Shown: positions 10,754-25,538, counted from the stretch's first letter. The stretch is DNA of 64,000 nt from Felis catus (GCF_018350175.1 NC_058368.1:198030001-198094000), one strand, 5' to 3'. Made by a program: numbers and translations. The notes: generated by a model not told the origin, from the sequence alone.

Positions 10754-12796
10754 CTTTTGATGGAGTTATATATAGTTGTAGGGATTTTATCATAATACCA
10801 TTTTGCAGTAGATTCTATAGCCAATTAGAGTTTTTTGCAATCAGGGTCTTAAATTCCTAGGAAACCCCAGGTGAATCCTTCTATTGAAAACAAGATGGAA
10901 TATTGGAACTTCAAGGTTTTTTCCAACTCTAAGATCCTGGGATTTCAGGGTTTTTATTCTTTATGTTCAATTATTCAATGATAGCTTGAAAAAGTAATAT
11001 ATTAATTGTATATTTGATAACATATAACTTAATCAAATTAAAATCCTAAATATTTTGCTTAATAGAATGTTAAGTGGTATTATTTTTATTAAAATGCCCT
11101 TTATACCTTTGGCTGAATAGTGGGTTAATGCAAATGCATACTTTTGGTAACTATAAGGAAAAAAATTTGGAAGTAAAAGTTAATTTCCAAATATCATATT
11201 ACTTGGGTATTTACAAAAAGTAGATATAACTGGGATCTTCTCTTTCCCAAAGAATCAGAAACTCTTGTTCAGAGTTCCTATTACAGCCATTATAGGGAGT
11301 GCATCATTCTTTTTAAAATACTTAAAATGCACTTTATCAGAATATTAAATTTGTATATATACACTATGGTTTTAATTAAAATATAAACAAAAATCATTAG
11401 AATATACCAAATGTAAAAGTTGTTGTGTTGGAATTATATGTTTACTTTTCTAACTTTCTGTGTCTTTCATCTTAATAAGAAACATGTATTTATTATCATA
11501 AGGGAAAAAATAATCCTCAACAAAGCAACAAAATATCTAAAGGCTTGCAATGCTAAATAATCTAATTTTACCTATCTTAACATTTCCAATGATAGATACC
11601 AAAATGTTTCCTCTGGTTCCCAGGTTGATATTTTGAGTCAGACTGGGCTTTATTAAGATCCAGGGAAGAATAGAAAGCTTTCTGGGTACCCAAGCTGAAT
11701 AGCTTCATGTACAACAATGATCGCTATCCATCCCACAATGCTTTCTGAGCTACTATATGAACATATCAATCTTGGCTGTTCTGAACCTGCTTGTTCCTTT
11801 ATAAACATCCTAATGCTGCTTGGTTCCTGCTCTTCCGACAAACTCTACAGGGCACGTATTACAAAGTAGTTTTGTGTTTTGGTGATTGTTACCAAAGTCT
11901 CCCCATCATTCAAAATTGTAAATGCCACTTGGTTAGCACAAAACTAATGGAACTCTTGCCCAAATTAATATTTCCCATTTATCCAAATACTAATGAATTA
12001 CCTGTGCATAGGGCACCATTCTGGTTACCACCAAAGAGCTTAAACTCTTAAAATGAACTATGTCCACCAAATGTAGGAAGCTAAGTATCTTTATAGAGAC
12101 ATTCATGGATGGGTCTGAAGGAGTTTAGAAATGAACATTTTTTTTTTCATCTCCGTGTTGAAAGTTGTTTTATAGAGATGGCCATTATTGACCACAGGGT
12201 ATCGGTTGATTATGGAACCCATGCTGATGGAGGCACAGTTTGGCTAAAGACAAGTATCTTGTGGCCAAAATCAAGGAAACAGCCTTTCCACTCTTCCCGT
12301 ACCTAGCTTCTATCTGGCTCTTTGTTCACTTCCCAACTTCCTCTCATTTCTAGTTACTTTCAAGATACCTATACAAAGACCATATACCATGCTTTAAAAG
12401 ATGCTACAGGCAACCAGCCATCAATACAGATGTATCTAGGCAAGGGCACTATAACTCAACTTGACACTTTCCAGGTCTAGAAAAATCTAAATGTCACAAA
12501 ACTGTTGTTTGCCCTATACCAATTCATTGAACTTATGACACCTATAAGAAAATGTAAATAAATAAACATATGGCATTTATGATTGGAAAGCTCAAAATAG
12601 TAAAGATGCCAATTTTTTTCTGAAGTGACTTACATAATAAAAAAAAAATCTGTTAAAATCCCAACGAGATTTTTTGAAGATAAAATCAAGTATATCTTAA
12701 AATTTATATGGAATTACAAAGAGCTAGAATTGCTTAAACAGTTCCAAGAAACAATTTGGAAAAGTCATAGCTGATTTTGAGTCTTAGTCTATACTA

Positions 12797-13021
12797 TTTT
12801 TTTAAACATTTTTAAATGTTTTTTTATTTATTTTTGAGACAGAGAGAGACAGAGCATGAGCAGGGGAGAGGCAGAGAGAGATGGAGACACAGAATCTGAA
12901 GCAGGCTCCAGACTCTGAGCTGTTAGCACAGAGCCTGATGCGGGGCTCGAACTCACAGACTGTGAGATCATGACCTGAGCTGAAGTTGGATGCTTAACCA
13001 ACTGAACCACCCAGGTGCCCC
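12797..13021 (-). mobile_element. CAN-SINE
   Basis: Consensus match. Confidence 0.92.
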
Positions 13022-13524
13022 TAGTCTATTATATAGATAAGATGATCAAGGCAGTGTGGTATTGGTGGCTATGTATATTCAATATGCATATGTGTTCAAT
13101 ATGTATATTCTATTCCATTGATATGTGTGTATACATACACACACACACTGTTATGTTTTTTCTCAAAACATTTATAATAACATACTTTGCTCTTGTTCAT
13201 ATTCTCTATTTAAAATATACCATATCTTTAGATTAGATGTCATTACAAATTCTTTGACATACCTTTTTCCCATCAGATACAGCCCACTAGATTATGTAAA
13301 TTTCTGAAATATATATTTTTTATGAAAATCAGATATGTTGATTTGAACATCTAAGGAAAGCTTAAACACATTTTTATTAAATTTTTTGACTGATGATATT
13401 TCCTGAGTGTAATTTTTTTCAGCAGCACATTTAGAAACCCTACCAAGAGCTAATATTAAGGGAATATTTATTGTAACCAGGTGCCTCTTTAGAAAGATCA
13501 TATTAAACTCTGCACAATTTTAAT

Positions 13525-13730
13525 TTTCTTTTAATGTTTACTTATTTCTGAGACAGAGACAGAGCATGAGGGGGGAGGGGCAGAGAGAGAGGGAGACACA
13601 GAATCTGAAGCAGGCTCCAGGCTCTGAGCTGTCAGCACAGAGCCTGATGTGGGGCTCAAACTCACCAGCCGTGAGATCATGACCTGAACTGAAGTCAGTT
13701 GCTCAACTGACTGAGCCACCCAGGCGCCCC
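13525..13730 (-). mobile_element. CAN-SINE
   Basis: TSD aaactctgcacaattttaa. Confidence 0.92.
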
Positions 13731-15487
13731 AAACTCTGCACAATTTTAAATGAAAAGCTTGTTTTATTGGTCACACACACACACACAAAATTTTTATGCT
13801 CCTTTTATTATATATGAGTTTTTCGATTAAAGTGACATGGAACTAACCTTAAATGTTTCTTTCCATGTCCTGGGTTTCTTCACTGAAAAAGAGCAGGTAG
13901 GATCAAAATGACAACTATACACCGTAAATACAGGCAGCTAAAATATTTTATGTGTAATGCTTAAGAGGAACGATTATTCGCACGTTTGGAATGGGAAAAC
14001 TGTATATATTAGAAAGCCAAAACTTGAATCAAGCTTAGTAAGGGTACATGGAATCAGTACTCAGATCTTTCAACTGCCAAAACTCTTTCAAAGATTCAGA
14101 CTGTAGAAGTGGATTAGTTAGGAAGGAGATAATTGGATAAAATATCTCCCTTACTTGACAAGCTACCAGTGTCTTCAATCACCTATGCAATAAAGAAATT
14201 ACTGAACATCAGATTTAAGCATTGCCTCATCTGTTCTCAGTTTAGCTCCCCAGCATTTGCTTTTTCCTATCCCCAGAGTTCACACCCTATCTGTGCTCTG
14301 GCCCAAGCTTGCACAAGTTAACTGGTCTGGTGACTCATCTGGGAACTTTCATAACATACCATTGCCCAGGCCTCATCTACAAACACTTGCTCTATATTCT
14401 TGGTGGTGATACTGATGTCAGTACCGATTTCCAATCGGGTATAATTCAATTCTGGTATTGAAAGCCACTGAGGATCTAAGTGCATTACTATAGCGGCAAA
14501 ACTTTTCTTGCTTAAGTTTTCTTGTTTCTTCCCAATGCAATTGCTTGGGAAGCTTTCCTATTACCTTCTCTATTTTAGAATCTATAAAAAGTTCTCTTAC
14601 TGTGTCTCTTTCCATAATTCTGGTTTCAACAGACTGAGTTGTCCCCAAGCCGCCTGGTAAGGGAAGATACGTGAGAAGTATGGCTCCTGACTTCCTTTAC
14701 AGACCCCAGGGAGGACACGGAACACCTCTGGGTTTTGTCTGCCTTGGGGCCTTCTGTCTTCCGCCATTAAGCTCCTCATTTACATATCGATAAAACTGAT
14801 TTAGCTGGGTGGGAGAGATTAAGGCGTCAAGGTGAACCAGAGAGTCAGTTTCAAGAACTGTTGACTTCGCTCTCCATCATCTCTGTGTCAGGTAGGTCAG
14901 GTGGGGCATGTAGGGCACTAGCCCAGATGTATAGCACCATTGTGAGGACTGCTGCAAACGTACATGTCCCCTTAAATGTAGTCAGGTTCCTTATGGGCTA
15001 ACCGAAGAATTCGAAAAGTAAGCAGACCCTTCTTCCAAGTGAAAACAGGAGTTTGTCCTAGGCTTCCTTTCTGGTATCTATGGAGCCTTCAGGTAGCATG
15101 TTATGTCTCCTTGAATCTAAAGGTTTGGAAAAATAAAAAGGAAATCGTTCACCTAAATTAGGAATCTAGGGGATTGGAAGGGTTCATTTACCACTAAGCA
15201 ATTTATCATGTGTGGACTGTGGAGTCTGTTAGAAAATTCAGGATGTGTCCCTGCTCATGAGTTATAAACCAATTCTAAAGGTTTCATTCACAGATTTGAT
15301 AAAATGTTTTCTTCTCATCATGGATCAAAGCTATTTTCACCATTTTCTTTGCATTTCTTCTTTGTTGTGGTGAGTAAATTTTCTAGTCCTTGGTGAAACA
15401 CTTCACATATCCCCAAAACTGAATAACTACCATAACTGATTTTATTGGATTTGTAATACTTGACCTGGTAAAGTGAAACTGAGTGTG

Positions 15488-15682
15488 TTTTGAATGTTTA
15501 TTTATTTTGGGAAAGGGAGAGAGCGAGCGAGCAGGGGAGAATCAAAAGGAGAGAGACAATCTTAAGCAGGGAGCCTGCCCAACATGGAACCAGATGAGGG
15601 GCTCAATCCCACAATGTGAGATCATGACTTAAGCTAAAATAAAGAGTTGGATGCTTAACCAACTGAGCCACCCAGGCATCCC
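15488..15682 (-). mobile_element. CAN-SINE (older)
   Basis: Diverged consensus match. Confidence 0.8.
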
Positions 15683-18292
15683 TCCAGATGCCTTTTTAAA
15701 TTGTGTCCGTGGATTCTTTTTTCTCGGTTTCCACACTAGAGAAGTGGAGACACAGTGGTGGGTTCAAATGGACAGTTGGTTTCAGGTCTTTGTTCAGCTA
15801 TAACCAAGAATTTTAACTAAATTATTTTTTCCTTTTTGGGACTCATATTCTATTGGTAAGCCCAAATTGTGAGGAGAAATGGTCACTTCTAGACTTGGTA
15901 TTCCTTGACAATCTTATTTGCGGTTTGCCAGCTCAGCTCTGAGTCCCTTCTTTCAAAGCCTTGTGTAAGGAGGGAACTCATTGATAACCTTGGCATCAAG
16001 TTATCCTCCTGAAAGCTTATGGTGGCCCAAGAATTCCAGAATAAGGTAGTCTGTCATGTATTGGATAGAGGCACACAATTAAAACAAATAACTGATTAAC
16101 GAAGCATCAGTTAACTTCTTCATATTTAAGTGACTTATCCAAAGGATTGTTCTCTTTGACTAGAATCTCAACAATAAGTAAGGGTGAAAAAACAGTCATA
16201 TCTCTAAAGTAAGGCACTGGGAATAATTGAAAAATAATACATGCAGAGTAAAATTAATTTGGGAATTAAAAAATTATTTCTTGATTTGTTTTATTTTGTG
16301 AATTTAGTGTTTTACTGCTTCCATGAAGGCACATCACATTACTTGTCAAATTTCATACATTTCTGCTACTAAGAGATGTGATCACTTACCACCAGAGACT
16401 ATGCTTTTTCACTTTCTTTTTATATCATTTTTATCTATGTGTTGTTTTTCCTTTTGCAGAAGCTTCTTTTCCACTTCTGCAAAAACATACAAATAAGGTA
16501 AGGTAATACTGACTCTTTTAGGAAGTTAAAAAAAGACAAACTATTAACTTTTTTATATTGTAAATTTCACCAACAAAGTTCACTAGAAAAACGTACAAAC
16601 AGAATGAGTCTTCAAAAAGTAAAAATCTGTATTATTAATACACTACTTTTAAAAAATTGTATCTTACCAACAATAAAAAATCATCTGATGTTATCTTGAC
16701 ATGACGAAAATGTACATATCCTATTGCCTAAAAATTTTGTTTTGGGGCATCAATCTTATTGCAGGCAAGCATCTGAGAGAAAATAATAAAGAATAGAAAT
16801 GTATATCCTAGCAAAACGGAAGGGGAAAAAAAAAGAGAGAGCCAACCCAATTATCCATTCTAAAAAGCTCATTTTCATATATCTACATAGTGGAATGTAT
16901 GGTTAAAAAAAAAAGGAATTGCAACTCTAAATATCAGAATAGTTAAAGGTCACAGGAAAGTATTAAATGTAGGTCATACAAGACTACAAAATACTGTTTT
17001 CTTTATGTAAATTACCAAAACTGTGAAAAAACTCACCAAATTGTGTGTGTGTGTGTGTGTGTAGTGAAATTATGGAAAAGACATGGTAATAAAAAATAGA
17101 AAATACTGTTTCTAGATTTATTTGGGTGTGATGGAATGATGGAACTGCGAGTTAGGAGGAGAGGGAGGGTGTTTGGTTAATTCATCAACATTGCACGGCC
17201 TTTTTTTGTATAAATAGGAGAGTCATTAAAAATACCAATAATATCTTAAATTTCAAGTGGGTAGTGGTTCCATTGAGGTTAAACTTACCTATGGAATATA
17301 TTTATGCCATGCGGATATGTGGCATTTCATGTTAGAATTAAAGAACATTTTATCCAGATGTTCATTATCTAATGCATTGTATGTTGTCTTTCAACATTTT
17401 ATAGCCAAACTCTTTGTATTCTGTGTAAGTTCTGTATAAAATTGTACCACAGTCTTATCCTGGAAAAATTGAGCCAATCTGTGCAACCAATGGCCTTACC
17501 CACAGTAAGTGTGTTTTCTGCAGTGAAAGATGTAAGGATATGACAGTAAAGTAAATATGGAAGGATATTTTCTCTTACAAAGTAATGAAGAAACCATTTC
17601 AAAAGAATAGGAAAATCTGTGGTGCTGATATTGTAAGCACAACATATATACCGAATAACTAATAAGTCTGTAGAAGGTGTATAGCAGGCACATGCACCTT
17701 TCCCTAAAGTTCTAATTTACGAAAAGGAGTATTGCATTAGAGCTCTCAACGTAATCCTGCAGAATATTCTGCAAATCCATTAATCTGACTTAATTAGTTT
17801 TATTATAATTTACTAATGACAAACTAGTGACCAATAGGTTGTAACACAGGAGGCCTGAGGCTGCACGTAAATCTTGGTAACGCCCTGAGAATCAGTCCTG
17901 CAGACCACCAGTTTCAGGAAGTGTAATTGATATAGGACCCTATTGCTGTGCTCTGATATTCTCGGAAATCAATCCCAATGGGCCAGTCATTCTAGAAGGA
18001 GATTCCTCTGATGCTCTACTGAATCCCCAAGACATTTCAAACCTTCCTGAGACTACCGGACAGCCTAGGACACTTCTACCAAACTTCTTCCCTCTTTCCT
18101 TCACTTTGAAGAGCTGTGGTGTGACATTTCTGCCAGCCTTCCTGCCTCCTTCCCATTTTCTCACAAGTTCTTCCTCTCAGAAAATCGTTGCAATCGTAAC
18201 CCTCAAATTTCTGCCTCCATCTCAAGGACTACAAACGCAATCCCTAATCCTCTTCTTAGGTATGAGCAAGCTCCAGGAATGAGTCAGAACTC

Positions 18293-18475
18293 GGAGCACC
18301 TGGGGGGTTCAGTCCATTAAAGGTCTGACTCTTGGTTTTGGCTCAGGTCAGGATCTCACAGTTCATGAGTTCGAGCACCGGTTGGGCTCTGCTCTGGCAG
18401 TGCAGAGCCTGCTTAGAATTCTCTCTCTCTCTCCCTTTCTCTCTCAAAATAAATAAATAAAATTAAAAAAAAAAA
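18293..18475 (+). mobile_element. CAN-SINE
   Basis: TSD aatgagtcagaact. Confidence 0.9.
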
Positions 18476-18662
18476 CAATGAGTCAGAACTGAACAAATAG
18501 GAGGCGTCAGTTATCCCCACAAGAGGTGACATGCAAGGTCAGGGTTCAAATGTGGTCCAGCTGCTTGTAGAAGTGGAGCACAAATTCTCCATCCTGTCCC
18601 AGGCTCAAAATCCTTCTCACTGGGAAGCACTTAGGTACCAGGGAGCATAACATGATATTTTA

Positions 18663-18864
18663 ATTTTTTTTTAGTGTTTATTTATTTTTGAGAAAGAGAG
18701 AGAATTCAAATGGAGGGGAGGCACAGAGAGAGGGAGACACAGAATCTGAAGAAGGCTCCAGGCTCTGTGCTGTCAGCACAGAGCCCGATGCTGGGCAGGA
18801 ACCCAGAACCGTGAGATCGTGAGCCAGAGTTGGACACTTAACCAACGGAGCCACCCAGGCGCCC
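18663..18864 (-). mobile_element. CAN-SINE
   Basis: TSD aacatgatattttaa. Confidence 0.9.
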
Positions 18865-19054
18865 TCATAACATGATATTTTAATAATTTCCTTTTCTCCT
18901 TCTCTTTCTTTCTGTACAGCCTTCTTTGTGAAAAATTTACATTTGATCATTATGGTGTTTGCTGAATATTAAGGAAGCTGTACATCCATCCATGTGGCTC
19001 TAAGGTGATTCTCACTTTGCAGTGGATTCTACTATTAAAATTAGTAGAGGCTTC

Positions 19055-19268
19055 AGGCACCGGGGTGGCTCAGTTGGTTAAGTGTCCGACTTTGGCTCAG
19101 GTCATGATCTCACCGCTGGTGGGTTTGAGCCCCACATCAGGCTCTGTGCTGACAGCTCAGAGCCTGAAGCCTGCTTCGATTCTGTGTCTCCCGCTCTCTC
19201 TGCCCCTCCCCTGCTTGTACTCTCTCTCTCTCAAAAATAAATAAAACATTAAAAAATTTAAAAAAAAG
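19055..19268 (+). mobile_element. CAN-SINE
   Basis: Consensus match. Confidence 0.9.
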
Positions 19269-20655
19269 AATTAGTAGTCTTCTCAATCAGTGCCTTAAAT
19301 TCACAGATAATCAGGTAAATCCTCTTATGGAACACAAGCTTGAGTATAGGCTGTTCAAAATTGTTGCTAAACCCATGTTTCATAATTTTAGGATTTTGAT
19401 TCTCCAAGTTCAATTATTCAATGACATTTTAGAAAGCTAATATCTTACATATATATTTGATAACATAAAACTTAACACAATTTAGAACCCTAAATATTTC
19501 ACCCAAAAGAGTTAAATTATTTTATCTTTATTAAAGTCTTCTTCTAAAATGAAGGCAATATTTTCCATGGGAATATAAAAATATGTTCACCTAGTGGCAT
19601 GGCCTTTTTCTTTATAGAAGCTTCTAAAATAGTTCCTTCAGTAAATATAGTATATTTATACATGTGTTCTTTTTTATTTTTATTCAATTACATTACATAA
19701 AACCCTACTATGTGTTAGGCACCATATCAGAAAATAAGGGTAAGATGGTCAGAAAACTCAGATGTCAGTGCTCTTCAGGATCCTTCTCTGGGCGAGCGAA
19801 AGTTATTGCCTATTAGTGAAAGTGAATTCTTAATCATTGAGTGAGTTTTCCCTGCAAAATCTGTATCAGGCATTTTCCCCATGTTCTCTGACTTATTTCT
19901 TATAAAAGTCTCATTAGACATTGGCTCCAGTCTCTAGTCACATGGAGGTGAGACAGGGAGTTTCACAATAGTTAAAACCTGCCATTTTGGAAATGAAAAG
20001 GCAATTTTAACAGAGAACTTATTGCTCTACTACTTTTAAATAGATTCATTAAGATACTTACTTACCAAAAAAAATCATTCTTAGGTATAACACAACATTT
20101 TTTGTAAATACACAGAGATACATAATCGTTACCACAATCCAAGTTTAGGTTATTTACATTACCCAGGTGGTGAGATTGGCTGTTTAACTGACTGAGCCAC
20201 CCAGGCACTCCTATTCATAATACCATTTAAATCATTATATGAAATCCGTGTATATACCTTATGGTCATAAATTTTATTAAAAAGTCAAATCTTAATAAAA
20301 GATAATATAACAAAATATTTAAATTGGTTGCATCTGGATGATAGAGTTAAGTTTTCTATTTTAGCATTTTTATATCTCTTTTTTTTCTCTTTGTAATGAT
20401 ATATTTACCATCACAACAGAAAATTAACTTCAATAAATCAAAAATTATCAATGTATTTTATGCTAATCTGATCTAATTACATGCAACTTAACATTTCTCC
20501 ATAGTGACATTAGATACCAAAGTTTCTCTTCCAGTCCCCAGATCGACATGCAGAGTAACCGTAGCTTTTTTTAAGCTCCAGGGAAGAAATGAAAAGAATT
20601 TTGGGCACTCTCTCAAACCAGCAGGATGTCAGGATACATAGTCATTATTGCCATC

Positions 20656-20995
20656 TGCTGTGGACTGAATGTTTGTGTCCTCCAAAATTCAGATGGTGAA
20701 ATCTCCAAAGTGATGGTGTAGACAGGTGGTGCTTCGGGGAGATCGGGGCATTAGGGCAGAGCCTTCATGATTGGGATTACTGCTCTTATAAAAGAGATCC
20801 CAGAGGGCTACCTTGCCCTTCTGCCATGTGAGGTTTCAGTGAAAAGATGTCCCTCTAGGGAGCCAGATCTCACCAGACGTTGCATATGCTGGCACCATGA
20901 TATTGGACTTCCCAACCTCCAGAATTGTGAGAAATAAATGTTTGCTGTTTATAAACCACCTCGTTTATGGTATTTTTGTTATAACAGCTAAGACA
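20656..20995 (+). mobile_element. MaLR solo LTR (MLT1A-like)
   Basis: TG...CA ends (tgctgtggactgaatgtttgtgtcc ... ctaagaca), 5-nt TSD ccatc at 20651-20655 and 20996-21000. Confidence 0.88.
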
Positions 20996-23479
20996 CCATC
21001 CATTCCACAATGCTTTTTGAACCAGTAAGTGAAATTAGATTTTCTGAACCATCTTGTTCTTTTACAAGACTCTTCTTGGTGCTGTGACCCTCCAATTCCT
21101 CTTTATTAGGGCTATTATACCACATAAGACACATGGGTGCAAATAGTTTTGTGCTTTACTGAGGTGCAAAAGCCACCTCACTAGACATAATTGTGAATGG
21201 CAGTTAGTACATAAACTGGGAAACTTGTCCAAAACAATAATTTCAATACATACAACAAATACCAATTGTGCAACCTGAGATTACAGAGTAAGAGATGGAT
21301 GTAGAACCCAAAGTTCCAGGGGGAACAGAATGGCTTAAGAAATGTACTGTGTCAAGACGAATGAATGACCCCTGTGTTTCCCTTTACCTAGCATCCCACT
21401 CAAATGCATCCGTCCTGCTCCTTAGAGTCACCACCAAGAGTCCTCTTGCCTCTAAGTCACTCTCAGAACACATATACAGAGTATAGATACCCGGTACCAA
21501 ATAAATGCTTCAGACAACCATCAATCTAAATGCAGGTAGAAAAGTGTACTTTTAACAAAACTGTCCAGTAAGAAACATCCAAAGTATACTAACCAGAGTT
21601 TTATTTGTTTTATACCATGACGTGGCACTTAAAATTCATACATCCTTTGAGGTAATAACATTTAATAAAAGATTCACAAAATAGCACTTAATAAAAGACT
21701 GTATGTTGAATGCCATTGTTCTATGTTACAGGTTATAAAGTTGAATGATTTGAAGTGACTTTTTAAAATACATTTTTAAATTTAAATCCAGGTTAGTTAA
21801 CGTATAGTGTAATAATGATTTCAGGAATAGAATTTAGTGATTCATCACTTACACATAACACTCAGTACTCATCCCAACAAGTGTCCTCCTAATGTCTCTC
21901 ACTCATTTAGCCCATATTCCCTCCCAATACCCCACGAGCAACCCTGTTTTTCCTCCGTATTTAAGAGTCTCTTATGGTTTGTCTCCCTCCCTGTTTTTAT
22001 ATTATTTTTGCTTCCCTTCCCTTATGTTCATCTGTTTTCTATCTTAAATTCCACATGCGTGAAATCATATGATATTTTGCTTAGCATAATACAGTCTAGT
22101 TCCATCCACATTGTTGCAAATGGCAAAATTTCATTCTTTTTGAATGTTCAGTAATATTCCATTGTATGCATATACCACAACTTCTTTATCCATTCATCGG
22201 TCGATGGACATTTGGGTGCTTTCCATACTTTGGCTATTGTTGATAGTGCTGTTATAAACATTAGGGTCCATGTGCCTCTTCGAATCATTACTCCTGTATC
22301 CTTTGGATAAATACCTAGTAGTGCAATTGCTGGGTCATGGGGTAGTTCTATTTTTAATTTTTGTAGGACCCTCCATATTTTTTTCCAGGGTGGCCGCACT
22401 GGTTTGCATTCCCACCAGCAATGCAAAAGGGTTCTTCTTTCTCCACACCCTCGTGGAGAAACATCTGTTATTGCCTGAGTTGTTAATTTTAGCCATTCTG
22501 ACAGTTGTGAGGTGGTATCTCATTGTGGTTTTGATTTGTATTTCCCTGATAATGAGTGATGTTGAGCATTTTTTCATGTGTCTGTTAGCCATCTGGATGT
22601 CTTCTTTGGAAAAGTGTCTATTCGTGTCTTTTGCCCATTTCTTCACTAGATTCTTTGTTTTCTGGGTGTTGAGTTTGATAAGCTCTTTATGGATTTTGGA
22701 TACTAACCCCTTCTCTGATATGTCATTTGCAAATATCTTCTCCCATTCCGTCGGTTGCCCTTTAATTTTGCCGATTGTTTCCTTTGCCGTGCAGAAACTT
22801 TTTATCTTGATGAGGCCCTAATAGTTCATTTTTGCTTTTGTTTTCCTTGCCTCCAGAGACATGTCAAGTAAGAAGGTGTTGCAGCCAATGTCAAAGAGAT
22901 TGTTGCCTGTTTTCTCCTCCAGGATTTTGATGGCTTCCTGTCTTACATTTAGGTCTATCATCCATTATGAGTTTATTTTTGTGTACTGTGCAAAGAAATG
23001 GTGCAGTTTCACTCTTCTGCATGCTGCTGTCCAGTTTTCCCAACACCAACTGGTGAAGAGACTGTCTATTTTCCATTGGATATTCTTTCCTGCTTTGTCA
23101 AAGATTAGTTGGCCACACGTTTGTGAGTCCATTTCTGGGTTTTTCTATTCTGTTCCATTGATCTATGTGTCTGTTTTTGTGCCAGTACCATACTGTCTTG
23201 ATGATTATAGCTTTGTAATACAGTTTGAGTACAAAATTGCCTCTAGCTTTGGTTTTCTTTTTCAGGGTTGCTTTGGCTATTTGGGGTCTTTTCTGGGTTT
23301 TGTTTGTTTGTTTGTCTTTTGTTTGTTTTTGTTTAAGGATTGTTTGTTCTAGCTCTGTGAAGAATGCTGGTGTTATTTTGATAGGGATTGCATTGAATAC
23401 GTAGATTGCTTTGGGTAATATCGACATTTTAACAGTATTTGTTCTTCCAATCCATGAGCATGGAATGTTTTTCCATTGT

Positions 23480-23688
23480 TTTTAATGTTTAGTTTTGAGA
23501 GAGAGAGAAAGAGAGAGAGAGAGCATGAGCAGGGCATGGGCAGAGAGAGGGAGACACAGAGTCCAAGGCAGGCTCCAGGCTCGGTGCTGTCAGCACAGAG
23601 CCCATTGTGGGGCTCAAACCCACTAACCACGAGATCATGACCTGAGCTGACATCAGACACTCAACCGACTCAGCCACCCTGGTGCCCC
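23480..23688 (-). mobile_element. CAN-SINE nested in L1
   Basis: TSD tgtttttccatt. Confidence 0.92.
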
Positions 23689-25317
23689 TGTTTTTCCATT
23701 TTTTGTGTGTGTCTTCTTCAACTTCTTTCAGAAGCTTTCTATAGTTTTCAGTGTATAGATTTTTCACCTCTTTGGTTAAGTTTATTCCTAGGTACTTTAT
23801 GGGTTTTGGTGCAATTGTAAATGGGATCAGTTCTTTGATTTCTCTTTCTGCTGGTGTATACAAATGCAACTGACTGTTGTACATTGATTTTATATCCAGC
23901 GACTTTGCTGAATTCATGTATCAGTTCTAGCATTTTTTCTTTTTTTTTGGTGGAGTCTTTTGGGTTTTCTACACAGAATATAATGTCGTCTGCAAAGAGT
24001 GAAAGTTTGACTTCCTTCTTGCTGATTTGGATGCCTTTTATTTCTTTGTGTTGTCCTATTGCTGAGGATAGGATTTCCAACATTATGTTGAATAACAGTG
24101 GTGAGAGTAGACATCCTTGTCATGTTCCTGAACTTAGGGGAAAGCTCTCAGTTCTTCCCCGTTGAGGATGGTATTAGTAGTGGGTCTTTTGTATGTGGCC
24201 TTTACAATCTTGAGGTATGATCCTTCTACCCCTATTTTCTTGAAGGTTTTTATCAAGAAAGAATGCTGCATTTTGTCAAATGCTTTTACTGCATCCATTG
24301 CAAGGATCACGTGGTTCTTATCCTTTGTTTTATTAATGTGATGCATTGCATTGATTGATTTGAGGATTTTGAACCAGCCCCGTACCCTGGGAATAAATCC
24401 TACCTGATCGTGGTGAATAATTCTTTTAATGTATTGTTGGATCCGGTTTGCTAGTATCTTGTTGAGAATTTTTGCACACATGTTCATCAAGGAAATTGGT
24501 CTGTAGTTCTCCTTTTTAGTGAGGTCTTTGTCTGGTTTTGGAATCGAGGTAACGTTGTCATCATAGAATGAATTTAGAAGTTTTCCTTCCATTTATATTT
24601 TTTGTAACAGCTTCAAAAGAATAGGTGTTAAATCTTCTTTAAACGTTTGGTAGAATTCCCCTGGAAAGCGATCCAGCTCTGGACTCTTATTTGTTGGGAG
24701 ATGTTTGATTACTGATTCAATTTCTTTACTGTTTATGAGTCTGTTCAAATTTTTTATTTCTTCCTGCTTCAGTTTTGGTAGTTTATATGTTTCTAGGAAT
24801 TTGTCCATTTCTTCCAGATTGCCCAATTTGTTGGCATATAATTGCTCATAATATTCTCTTATTATTGTTTGTATTTCTGTGGTGTGAGTTGTGATCTCTC
24901 CTCTTTAATTCCTGATTTTATTTATTTGGGTCCTTTCCTTTCTCTTTTTGATCAATCTGGCTAGGGGTTTATCAATTTTGTTAATTCTTTCAAAGAACCA
25001 GCTCCTGGTTTCATTGATCTGTTCTACTGTTTTTGTGATTTTGACATCATTGATTTCTGCTCTAATCTTTATTATGCCCCTTTTGCTGCTGGTTTGGGGT
25101 TTTATTTGCTCTTCTTTTTCCAGCTCTTTTACGTGTAAGGTGAAGTTGTGTATTTAAGACCTTTCTTCGTTCTTTAGGAAGGCCTGGATTGCTCTATACT
25201 TCCCCCTTGTGACTGTCTTTGCTCATCCCAGACATTTTGGCTGTCATTTTTTTCATTTTCATTGGCTTCCATGTAATTTTTAATGTCCTTTTTTATTTCT
25301 TGGTTAACCCATTCATT

Positions 25318-25538
25318 CTTTTTTTTTTAATTTTTTTTTTAACATTTATTCATTTTTGAGACAGAGACTGAGCATGAACGGGGGAAGGTCAGAGAGAGAG
25401 GGAGACACAGAATCCGAAACAGGCTCCAGGCTCTGAGCTGTCAGCACAGAGCCCGACGCGGGGCTCAAACTCACAGACCGCGAGATCATGACCTAAGCTG
25501 AAGTCGGACGTCCAACTGACTGAGCCACCCAGGCGCTC
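25318..25538 (-). mobile_element. CAN-SINE nested in L1
   Basis: TSD taacccattcattcttt. Confidence 0.93.

Larger units (their letters stand above)
15304..18965 (+). pseudogene. SPINK-family Kazal inhibitor copy 2 pseudogene (exons 15304-15369, 16460-16497, 17405-17531, 18920-18965)
   Basis: Exon 1 is 66 nt instead of 67 (ancestral frame FSSWIKAIFTIFFAFLLCC); exon 2 EASFPLLQKHTNK; exon 3 has a scrambled 5' half with TAA, then IEPICATNGLTHSKCVFCSER with a wrong-phase donor; exon 4 LLCEKFTFDHYGVC*. Confidence 0.88.
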
